This document shows, piece after piece, positions 53,476 through 64,000 of a stretch of 64,000 nt of DNA. The notes beneath the pieces are model-generated. The model searched no databases, was not told where the DNA came from, and was given only the letters and a program-made list of their open reading frames with translations. This stretch comes from Octopus vulgaris (lineage: Eukaryota), in contig OX597815.1 in NCBI GenBank assembly GCA_951406725.2, positions 105,834,001 through 105,898,000 on the forward strand. Reading direction: 5' to 3'. The position numbers and the translations under genes are program-made. Position 1 is the first letter of the stretch. Every line of letters starts with the position of its first letter.

Positions 53476-53554
53476 ACATGCCAGCATGCATATGTGCTTA
53501 TGTATATATATATATATGTATATTATGCTATATATTATGCTATATGTATATTAT

Positions 53555-54929
53555 GCTATCCGAATTGACAGTACCTTGGTAGTTAAAGCCATCAAGAGTA
53601 TGAATGCAGGGAAAGCCCCAGGCCCATCAGGAATCACTGCAGAGATGCTCAAAATATCTGGCAGTGTTGGCTATAGCCTAGTCACCCGTATAGTTAACCA
53701 GGTGATACACGAAGGAGTCATACCCAATGACTGGTGTAGCAGCATAATAGTCAACTGCTACAAAGGTAAAGGTGATGCTCTAGATACAAATAATTACAGA
53801 GGTATCAAGTTGTTGGATCAAGTAATGAAGGTCACGGAGAGGGTCATAGCCCAACTAATTAGAGAGAGAGTCAGTTTAGATGAGATGCAGTTTGGGTTCG
53901 TGCCAGGGAAAAGCACCACTGATGCTATATTCCTGGTAAGACAGCTGCAGGAGAAATACCTAGCCAAAGATAAACCTCTGTACCTGGCTTTCATTGATAT
54001 GGAGAAAGCTTTTGACACGGTCCCCCAATCCCTTATCTGGTGGTCAATGAGGAAACTAGGGCTAGATGAATGGTTAGTGAGAGCTGTGCAAGCCATGTAC
54101 AGGGACGCTGTCAGTAAAGTGAGGTTTGGCAATGAGTACAGTGAAGAATTCCAGGTAGAGGTAGCAGTCCACCAAGGTTCAGCCCTCAGCCCCCTCCTAT
54201 TTATCATAGTCCTCCAGGCAATAATGGAGGAATTCAAGACAGGATACCTCTGGGAGCTCCTCTATGCTGATGACCTTGCTCTAATTGCTGAGTCACTATC
54301 AGAACTGGAGGAGAAGTTTCAGGTGTGGAAGCAAGGATTAGAATCGAAGGGCCTTAGAGTCAACCTAGCTAAAACCAAAGTCCTAATAAGTAGGAAGGTA
54401 GTCAAATCACAAATGCCTTCAGGTAGATGGCCCTGCTCGATCTGTAGAAAAGGCGTTGGTAGAAACTCTATAAGGTGCACCAAGTGTAAGCTATGGACAC
54501 ATAAGAGGTGCAGCAATGTCAAAGGAAGGCTAACTAGGAAGATAGTTTTTGTATGTGGCAGATGTTCAGGAGCAATAAACACTGAAAATGCGCAGAGACC
54601 AACTTCTGCCACATTCCAGGGAGAAAAACTAGAAGTAGATGATAGCTTCCATTACCTTGGTGACCGAGTCAGTAGCGGGGGCGGGTGTGCTGAAAGTGTA
54701 ACTGCTAGAGTAAGAATAGCCTGGGCAAAGTTCAGAGAGCTCTTACCTCTACTGGTGACAAAAGGCCTCTCATAAAAAGTGGCACGTAAAAAGTACCCAC
54801 TACACTCACGGAGTGGTTGGCATTAGGAAGGGCATCCAGCTGTAGAAACACTGCCAGATCAGACTGGGCCTGGTGCAGCCTCCTGGCTTCCCAGACCCCA
54901 GTTGAACCATCCAACCCATGATGATGATG
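53555..54929 (+). mobile_element. RTE LINE fragment with open RT + PHD-like region, spliced onto 3' tail
   Basis: KAPGPSG, NYRGIKLL, QFGF, FIDMEKAFD, HQGSALSPLLF, LYADDL, then CSIC...C..C...H..C...C..C. The frame ends at 54775, where the sequence jumps to the 3'UTR and (GAT)n. The N-terminal VCVC part of the ORF call is microsatellite. Confidence 0.93.
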
Positions 54930-55299
54930 TGTGTGTATATGGATGTATGTATGTGTGTTTATGTATATGTGTATGTATCCTGAATATTCATGTGTGTGGC
55001 TGTGTGTTTGTGTATGTATGTTTGTAACTCTGCTTCCTTGCATGTGCATGTTTATATGTATGAGTTTGTGTATGTAAATGCTCCTGTTATATATGCATGT
55101 GTGTCCATATGTATCAGTATGTATGCATGTGTGTGAAGTGTGTGTATATAAGATCGTGTGTTTCTGTCTCCTTTTGTTTATTTGTGTGTGTGTGTGTTTG
55201 TTTGTCTATCTACCTACCTATGTGTTTAATATAATTAAGTTAATATTGATTTAAAGTAAGGTGGCAAGCTGGCAGAATCATTAGCACAATATATTCTCC

Positions 55300-56115
55300 C
55301 TGAGTTAACTTAGGACATACTGCATGCATGCATGCCATTGGTTCATCCCAGATTCCGCACACTCTTACATTTTGCTGACACCTTCACTCAATACACAAAT
55401 TATCTCATCTTGGGCTTCTGTGATAAAGCGCTCTGTTTCTTTTTTCAACCAAATTTCACATACATCCTCAGTTGCTTTCCAAAACTGATTTCTCTCCAAT
55501 TTATTTAACATGCTCTATTTGAATTTCATTCTTGTCTTTTCCCCTCTTTCACACTTAATCGCCTGATCCTTTATTCACTGCCTTTCGTAATTTCTCTGTG
55601 CTGTTCTGTAGATATTCTTAATAAGCTTTTCTTTCCATCTACACACACTCTTCTACAGCCATCAAGTCTCTTCCACACTGGTTTCTTTTCAAGTACAACT
55701 GGTTAATATCAGCTTTGGGATGGACTCCATACATTGTCAAAAGCTTTCTAGTTTTTCTCTCAAAAGTAGTAGTAGTAGTAGTAGTATTTCTGCTGGTGTC
55801 AACTTTACCTTTCATCCTTTCAGGGTTGATAAAATAAATGTTAGTCAAATTACTATGGTCAATGCAATCAACTAACCTCACCCGCTAAATTTCAGTATTA
55901 TTATTATCATTTTGGTTTAGCTCAGGTTCAGTCTTATTCCTGGTTGGAATTTTGTGGGTGATGGGTTACTACCTGTAACCTTAGGTATCCACAAGTTTTC
56001 AGCAGCCTTTCAAGTGCTTAGAACCCTCTTGATAATTCTTGCTGTCCCTAAGAGACAAACTTTCTGTTGGAGCTCTACACGGCATTCTATTTGAATCTCT
56101 TTCAACCATTTGTCT
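55300..56115 (-). mobile_element. R4/Dong-like non-LTR retrotransposon relic (SINE-interrupted)
   Basis: RKTRKLLTMYGVHPKADINQLYLKRNQCGRDL and ETERFITEAQD motifs. Confidence 0.65.
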
Positions 56116-56124
56116 ATATTATTA

Positions 56125-56874
56125 TTACCTCCGCCTTAGTGAAGATGGGGGCATTGTTTTCAGTCATGTTTGTTTGTTTGTTTGTCCATGGACAAGATAT
56201 CTCAAAAACTGCTGGATGGATTTAGATGAAACTTTCAGGGATGTTTGGCCATGTAACTGGTACGGTCTCATTCGATTTTGGAATCAACCCATTAGCGGAC
56301 AAGGATTCTGGATTATTTTTTATATTTTCTTTACATGTATACATAAAGTTTCACATAGTTCTTTTGTACATGCACACACATACACACATATACTCAAACA
56401 TTTTCAGCAATGAACATTACCATCCCATTACTAATGTACACACATGCACACATTCAAACATACCTCTCTTTTACACACATATACTCACACTTCAAACACC
56501 ATTTATTGGCTTTTTCATTCCTTCCTTCATTATTCATCTATCACCCCTTCCTTTCTCATTCTTTGCCACCTTGTTTTGCCTTTCTCATTGTCCTTACTTT
56601 CTCTCACTCCCTCTCAGTCATGGCTTTTACTCTCACTACTTCTCCTTCTCTGTATTAGCATTTCATCTCCTCTCCCATCACCTCTCACTCAATATATATA
56701 TATTTAGATTATTTTTCCATTTGAGAGCGATTGGGTCAATTTTTAGTATTCTCCTTTGTGAGAGCAGTTGATTTTATTTCAGATATTCTCATTTTAAAAA
56801 TCATCTCCGGTTAATCGTTGAGAAGATGTTGGTGTTTTGTTGGCAGAGGTTTGTGCTCTCTGAGTGCTCTTGTT
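56125..56874 (+). mobile_element. Helentron-associated non-autonomous element (HINE/DINE-1-like)
   Basis: 5' subTIR acctccgcc, (TTTG)n, 3' subTIR ggcagaggt, short terminal stem-loop and TT ends. Confidence 0.7.
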
Positions 56875-56902
56875 ACTATTATTATTATTATCATTATTAT
56901 TA

Positions 56903-57135
56903 AGGTGGTGAGTTGGCAGAATCAGTAGCATGCCAGACAAAATGCTTAGTGGTATTTTGCACATCACTACATTCTGAGTTCAAATCTGCCAAGGTCAACT
57001 TTGCCTTTCTTCTTTGCGGGGTAAATAAATTAAGTACCAGCAAAACACTGGGGTCAGTGTAATCGACTAGTCCCCTCTCCATAAATTTCAGGCCTTGTGC
57101 CTTTAGTAGAAAGGATTATTATTATTGTTATTATT
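56903..57135 (+). mobile_element. SINE with Meta/Nin-like central domain and (ATT)n tail
   Basis: B box gagttcaaatc, ggtcaactttgcctttc...gggtaaataaattaagtaccag core. Related copies at ~21000-21390 (-), ~39330-39545 (+), ~55790-55900 (+) and ~63365-63480 (-). Confidence 0.75.
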
Positions 57136-57148
57136 GTTGTTTTTAAAG

Positions 57149-57337
57149 GTGTCCCATCTTGAAGATAGTCTACGTCAAAAAGAGAGTTGTATAACAGGTT
57201 TACAAAAGTCATACGAAGAGCAACTAAGCCACATGATGACTCTGTCTAAAGAACGAGAGCTGACATGGCAGAAACAGAAAACTGAAATTCAGAGCCAATA
57301 TGAAAATGAACTTAGGGTAATTAACAATCAGATTAAG
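57149..57337 (+). CDS. CCDC171: CCDC171-like exon
   Basis: ttttaaag acceptor, gtatgt donor. VSHLEDSLRQKESCITGLQKSYEEQL...WQKQKTEIQSQYENELRVINNQIK, 189 nt, phase 0/0. Confidence 0.9.
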
Positions 57338-58393
57338 GTATGTAGTAGGCTTACATTTTTTCATGTCATTTACAAAGTTATAATTTTTCGTCATTTGCAT
57401 TTCTTTTTTCCTCATTCCCTCTCCATGTGTGTGCGTGTGTGTGCACTTGTGTGTGTGTATGTGCACATGTGTATGTAATAATTTATGCATTACATACATA
57501 TTTGTGTATGTATATAATGTATGCATGTGTGTATGTGTGTATAATGACATCATCTATAACAACTTGACCTTTGTGGATCAGCAGACATGACATCACCTGT
57601 TGCTTCTGCTCACAAGATTGTCTGATTGATTGGCCACATGGTTCACATTTGTGGTGGAAAGAGTAGCTGTGAGATGAATGACTAGCTGTTAGTATCTATC
57701 TGTCTACCTGCCTATCTATCTGTCTGTCTATCTATCTATCTATCTATCTCACTGTTTATCTGTCTTTTTATCCATCCATCTATTTAATTATCTATCTATC
57801 CATCTTTCTATCTAACTGGCTGGCTGTCTATCCATTTGTTTATCTAACTGAATTTCTAAGAATCACTCTGTCTGGTTGGGTTGTACACACACATACGCAC
57901 ACACATGCATAAACACACACACACATACACACACACACCCAAATATAAACATGTTGTTTCAAGCACTTAAATTTGTTAATGTTTCTAAGATATTTAGGTT
58001 TCTCTACAAATAAGACTGCTAATTTTTATAAATCAAATTTTATAAAAATTGATCATCTGATTCATAGTACATATTGCCTGGGTGTTTTAGAAATACAAAA
58101 TAAATTTAAGTATGAAGCATTATCATCATCGTCACCATTTCATGTCCATTTTCCATGCTGGCATAGGTTGAACAGTTTGGCAGGAGCTGGGAAGCCAGAG
58201 AACTGTTGCATGTGTTTTGTTTCTAATCTTCCATGAAAACATGCTTGATCATGGGGTAATATTATCTTATTTGGAAACAAGTGATGGTTAGTGACATGAA
58301 AAATATCCAACAATAGAAAATCTCCTTCAATAAATTCCAGCCAACCCATGCAAGCGTAGAAAAGTTGATGTTAAAACAATGGTGGTGATGATG

Positions 58394-58440
<47 letters not shown>

Positions 58441-58800
58441 TGTGCGTGTGTGTGCGCACATGTACATGCATATCTATATGTACATGTGTGTGTGTGCATA
58501 TATATATAATACCAGTAGAGGTGATTATAGGCCCAGAATTCAATTTGATTTAAAAAGTAACGCTATCACTTTCAACTGAATACCAATGCAACAAGCTTGT
58601 TTGAATTAGTTCACTTTGAAGATGTTGTAAGTGATGGACCCTTGATGAAATTGCAGTGACTAAGATGCATAATTGCATACAGAGTAATGTGTAGTTGCTG
58701 CAGTTGAAACATGTGTTGGTTATTGTTTATATATGCTGTAGAAAACTTTTTAATAAAAAGTTTTGGATGTGAATAAATCTCCACTCTCATCTTGGTTTTC

Positions 58801-58804
<4 letters not shown>

Positions 58805-58884
<80 letters not shown>
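58805..58884. repeat. (TA)n microsatellite
   Basis: Direct reading. Confidence 0.97.
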
Positions 58885-58888
<4 letters not shown>

Positions 58889-59869
58889 ATACATACGAAA
58901 TTTTTTAGTTTTCAACCTATAAACCTTAAGAGCTTCTTGAAACTAAATAAAAGTTTGAATTCTTCAGCAATATATTTTTCATTACAAAATTAACAATTTA
59001 GTATTGTAGACCCAAAAGCTTTATTTTCCTGCTTCCTCATTTAGAATTTATGCATCTGTGAACAACTGAGTTTACATTATCATCTGCCTTCATTTTTGAC
59101 TTGAAATTTGGAATGATAATCTGAAACCAATATTTCCTTTCAAAGTTTTACTTTCCATGTTTATGTTCATATATGTTTCCATATTTATGTTCACATTACC
59201 AAATAAAAAAACAAAAGTAATAGAACCACTTTTTATGCATAGCAATAACAATTTTTGAAGATACTCAGTACAGTAAGTATTCATAAAAAAAAATTTGAAG
59301 AGAAATACATTAAAGAATAGACATGATTACTGTCATACCATAATAGGGTGGTGGTGATAAACCACATGGAAAATAACAGACATCAATAGGCAGAGATCAG
59401 CTGTTGAAGATGTAAAGAGCAACTCATATTTCCCTGGTCTTGCCATCCCTCCCCTGTAATAAATTCCCCCCCCCCCCCAGCTCTTCTATACAATCCTTGC
59501 CCTAAACAGCCATCTCAGGCACTGGCAGCATTTGCACCTATCAGAATGAAGAGACTCAGTCACATGGTACAGATTAACCATTCGATGATGACAATGGCTA
59601 TTGTTGTTACTGAGAGGAAGAGAAACACTACTGCTCTGTAGATCATCTGTTTTAGTAGCAAAGAAATTATCCAAAGTTGTTTGATATTTATGGTGCATCA
59701 TCTCTGATTACAACTCCGAATAGGAAGCAAGCTCATTATGAACTCTTGTAATTTTTTATGTTAAATTTACTATTAAGAAACATTATTAACAATGACCTTC
59801 CTCCATAAATGCTAACCTTTAACCATATTCATTGTAGTTAATTTAAGTGGAGTTGATAGAACATTCATA

Positions 59870-60600
59870 TTTTCTTCTTCATCTCCAGCTGATTCGTGTT
59901 ATAACAGTATCAGTTACTCATTAGACAAATTTTCATACAGGACACAAGCAACTTGGTTATATCCTCTTCTATGACTATTCCATATCCTATATCATTTGTT
60001 CATATCTCAATATACCTTTAAACTTGATGTAGACTTTCTACTGGTGGAAAGCTTGTAGAGTCACTGATACAGTTTAGTCATGCTTTTTTCAAAGTATCAT
60101 CTATAGCTAAGGCTTTCACATCACCCCATGACTCATTTATCTTATTTGCTACATCCATAACATTGAACTTTTTCCAGAAGTCTCTACTTGTAGGTTTATC
60201 CTCCTCATTAATTACTTTTATGGGTTGTTTCAGAGCTTTCTGATAATAAATACCCTATTTAAGTGATCATTTAAGTTCACAGGTTGGCTTGGTGCATCAT
60301 CTAAAAAAAAAAGCAATGCATTCTTGGAAATATAACACTTTGTACTGTCTTTTTCTACAGCAGAGTAAAAAAACAGTTTATAAGCTGGTTTTGTAAAAAG
60401 CCCATAATCATCCAAGCCTCCTTATTTGATACCAAATCAGATGGATTAAACTTAGTGGGATCCTTTCAAGCCCTTGAATTTTGGGAGTGATTCACATGTA
60501 GGGGCTCTTATTTCATTATTACCTGAAGCATCTGCTCCCACAAGATGCTTCAGATCAGCATGATACTGATTTTACTTCACTAGAAGTAAAAATTATAATT
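59870..60600 (-). mobile_element. pogo/Tigger-like transposase relic
   Basis: Broken frames give GADASG, SNKEAWM, ALLFFLDDAPSQP, DFWKKFNV...INESWGDVK. Confidence 0.65.
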
Positions 60601-60666
60601 TCATCATTATGGCATACCTATTCTGGTGTGTATCCATGACTCAGTGAGTTTCTAAAGGTGCATATA

Positions 60667-61563
60667 TGCAAAGTGCATTCAAAAAGTATCTGACTTTATT
60701 TTTTCCCTCCAAAACTAATGCCATATCAGCAAAATCCTATGCAGGTGAGAGGTGACACCACCCTTCCTATGCATGCATGAAAATCTTCACACCAGTAGGC
60801 CATGTCAGTTCTCAGCTGTTACACCTAGAGTACAGACATGTTATATGTGCTTGTTGGATTTTCATTTTTGCACCACAAGATGACCAAACGCATTGAGCAG
60901 AAACCATAAACCATATCTCATCACCAGTGCTGAAGATCTTCATGAAGTCTGGGTTATGGTTTGTGCAGTCCAGTATGTCCTGAGTGATTTCCATACAGAA
61001 TTGCTTCAGCTGCTCCACCAGCACACTGGGGGTGAATTTCACTGATACTCTCCACTTGCACAAATCCTTTGTTAAAATCCCATGCTTATACTCACTTCAT
61101 GAGCAATTTCCTGGATTGTTACACAACAGTCTTTCAAGATCTTTCACTAAACCTCAATTGGCTCCTTGTTTCAGCTTGTGAATAGCCTGCCTGAGCATGC
61201 CTCACTCTGCACTGAGTTGTGGCCATGTTTGAAGCAGTTGTACTTGATCTAAGTTTTACTCATGGCATCATTGCTGAAGGCCTGCTGAATCTTCTGGATG
61301 GTTTTGAGCTTGAGTATTACCAAGCATTTGACAAAACTTGATGCAATATTTCTGCTCAATGCATTTGGTGAAAACAAAAATTCAATACATGTACACTACA
61401 CATCTGTACTCTAGGTGTAACAGCCAGGAACTTATGTGGCCTACTGGTGCAAAACGTTTTTGCCCATACACAGGAAGGATGGCATCACCAAACGATTTTG
61501 CTTATGCAGCATTAGCTTTAGCAGGAAAAAAAATTAAGTCCAATACTTTTTGAATGCACTTCG
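60667..61563 (-). mobile_element. Internally deleted mariner with long TIRs
   Basis: aagtgcattcaaaaagtat / atactttttgaatgcacttcg-TA TIRs; RVSVKFTP and STGDEIWF motifs. Confidence 0.82.
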
Positions 61564-62014
61564 TACATAGGTAATGGCTTAAACAAGTTAAAGTATGCTT
61601 GTATATATGTGGGTGCATAATATATATATATTACAAACATTGCCAGATCAGATTGGAGCCTTCTAGCATGGAAAACAAACGTTAAACGATGATGATGATG
61701 ATACATTTAAATATAAATAATGCATATATTTAATACATATTGTACATAACAATCAAAAGATACTGAAACAAAAATAAGAAATGAATATTCTTATAACAAA
61801 AATACGTAAAAATATCCTGGACCAAAAATATGGTTTCATCTTCCTACAGTCTTTGATCAGAAAGTGACCAAAGTTGGATAACAAAATTGTTCATTGTATA
61901 AAAGATGATTAGAACCCTGTAAAAGGTCACAATTGCTGTTTTCACTCTTCAGACTAAAACATACAAATTTTTAAAAATATATTCTGATTTCATTATTGTT
62001 TTGTATTTATCTAG

Positions 62015-62534
62015 GATAAGCAAGCAATAGCAGAAAAGGCCATTGATAAAATGAAGTGTTCTAGCAACATTCATAAAGAACTGGAATCTAAGTGCAAAAA
62101 AGTTCAAGAACTGCTCTATACACGTACAACACATAATGCTCAGCTACAAATAGTCTGTTGTCTACTTTGTGGTCTTCTCACTCCATTATATACACAAATT
62201 CTTGATTTAATTATGCAATGTTATATTTTAAAAGAATCCATCAAAAGAAGTGAGACAACATTTTCTCATCTACGCCTTTTAATTCAGAGTTTTAGCTGTC
62301 AGTTGTTGAAATTTGAAGAAGATAGCAAGGACAAACCTCACAACAAATTCAGCTATAAAAAATCTCCTATACTGAGGTTGCGTTGCTATGTTATTGTTAT
62401 TTTGGCTGCTAACCGTCTAATTTTTCTGTCGAGGACCAACAAACCACTACTTTCAGCTTTTGACATAGCCTTAGGGCCTGTTTCTCTGAGGGTTCAAGCA
62501 AACATTGATCAAAACTTTCTGGATTCCTTTTCAG
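62015..62534 (+). CDS. CCDC171: CCDC171-like large exon
   Basis: atctag acceptor, gtaaat donor. 520 nt containing CCLLCGLLTPLY and RLRCYVIVILAANRLIFL (cf. CCDC171 CALMAGALYPLY and FRKGVIAVLAANRL, recalled); phase 0 to 1. Confidence 0.93.
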
Positions 62535-63966
62535 GTAAATTTTTTCAAAAATTTTATATCATTGTTGTCTTTTAAAAAAAGAAACATATTTAACTTGAAA
62601 TAATATAATGTGCTGCATATTACCTCATTCCCCCCATCAAATTGACATTGCTTACATTCCAAACATGAGTAATGAATGTCTTATTGAACTAGGATTTTCA
62701 ATAAAGAAAAAATTTTAACTTTATTTATATTGTTAAATAAATTAATACTGTAAATTAATAGTGCAGAACTATATTATGAATTAGATTTTATGCTTGTTAG
62801 GCATATATTAAAATTTTTTATTTGGTCATGTGCCTATAAAAGCTCATACCTCAATGGTTAGGTGTTGCACTCACAACTGTTAGATCATGGGTTCAATTCC
62901 CAGACTGAGCAGTGCAGTGCACTGCATTCTTGAGCAAAACACTTCATTTCACATTGCTCTGCAATCTTTTCAACATCAGCATCCATTTTGACATGGTTTC
63001 TGCAGCTGGATACCCTCCATAATGCCAACCACTTTACTGAGTGTACTGGGTGCTTTTTTTCATAGTACCTCCACTAGTGAGGTTGCTTTGCAACTTGAAA
63101 GACTAAAGGGCATAAAAAGCCTCTGATAAATGGAGGGGAATAGAAGGGAGAGGGTGTATTATGATTTTAGGGAAGGTAATGAGAAGAGTATAATTAAGTA
63201 TAATGAGAAGAGTGGCTGGAGTGATAGTGGAGTGAGTAACAGAATAGACACTTTTGGCAGAGAGAGAATGGAAAGAAACAGGGAAAGGGATTAGTGTCAG
63301 TTGTTAGTGAAAAAGGGAAGGACAGAATAGTAAGGATGATGAAGTGTGTTATATAAGAAAGGGTTCCAGGCTGTCCCATCTCAGTGGGATTCAAATTCAG
63401 AGTGCAGAAAGTTAAAAGGAATACCACAGGGCATTCTATCTGGTGCTCTAATGATTCTGCTAATTCACTGGCTTTGTAGGTATTACTCTTCTGTCCAATA
63501 TCTAGCAAAGACTTGTACAGAAAGGCTACTGTCTCAGAATATATGATAATCTAAAAATTTCTTCAAACTTAGATTAATTGAACTTCTCTAAAGTCACGCT
63601 GTATGGCTCAAATAGACTATTTTCAGCAATTAAGGGAGCCTCTATACAATCACTTATTCTGCTAGAAATAGCTGCCAAATCTCCTTCAAAATACTCCCTA
63701 CTGTGTTTTAAAAAATGTAGGACATGTGGAATAATGCACCTTCTGTCAAAGATGAATGCATTTGATCATGTGTCTGCTATGATAATAGGCCTAACCTCAG
63801 GCTAAATAACAACAACTCACAGTATTTATTTCAAGTAATTAGTAGGGAATTTCTTTTCCCTCTAATTCTTTTATCATCATCATCATCATCATCATCATCG
63901 CTATTATTATTTTTGCGCTCATGGCAATAGTGTGAACATACACATTTCTTTCTTTGATGTTCACAG

Positions 63967-63995
63967 ATGATTGCCTGAAGCAAGTAAAGCAATAA
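63967..63995 (+). CDS. Candidate next exon (17-nt microexon to 63983, or short terminal exon ending TAA at 63995)
   Basis: Pyrimidine tract + tcacag acceptor. The phase-1 reading DDCLKQ is followed by gtaaag (possible donor) and an in-frame TAA. Cut off by the window edge. Confidence 0.25.
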
Positions 63996-64000
63996 TCCAT

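Noticed and set aside
53429-54775. 448-aa ORF as a host gene or intact RT gene
   Set aside because: The start lies in microsatellite; the rest is an internal RTE fragment lacking the endonuclease and C-terminus.
56039-56771. Overlapping hydrophobic ORFs
   Set aside because: They lie in the CT/CA-rich interior of the Helentron-type element; low-complexity artefacts.

Overview
AT-rich animal genomic DNA. The SINE, LINE and MITE families, (TA)n/(CA)n microsatellites and long introns point to a cephalopod, most likely Octopus (inference). The window lies inside one + strand gene, a CCDC171-like coiled-coil protein. Ten GT-AG exons (2226-62534) splice into one uninterrupted, phase-consistent reading frame, and there is a possible further micro or terminal exon at 63967. 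The introns are packed with mostly decayed transposons: RTE, CR1-like, HERO and R4/Dong LINE fragments; tRNA-derived and Meta-domain-like SINEs; several mariner/Tc1/pogo relics; hAT and piggyBac-type MITEs; Helitron/Helentron-type elements; and Penelope-like tails. Most ORFs in the supplied track are microsatellite or repeat artefacts. Four things stand out. (1) A 178-bp gap-free genomic hairpin (2689-3057) whose mismatches are all G:T pairs, seven clustered in 36 nt of one arm, which looks like A-to-I (ADAR) editing written back into DNA. (2) A series of minimal, palindromic-stem-III hammerhead-like motifs in Penelope-like tails. (3) A ~1-kb hairpin-terminated, CpG-rich element with a small beta-rich ORF (14753-15727). 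(4) One SINE head coupled to two different LINE tails, with both partner LINEs present in the window.
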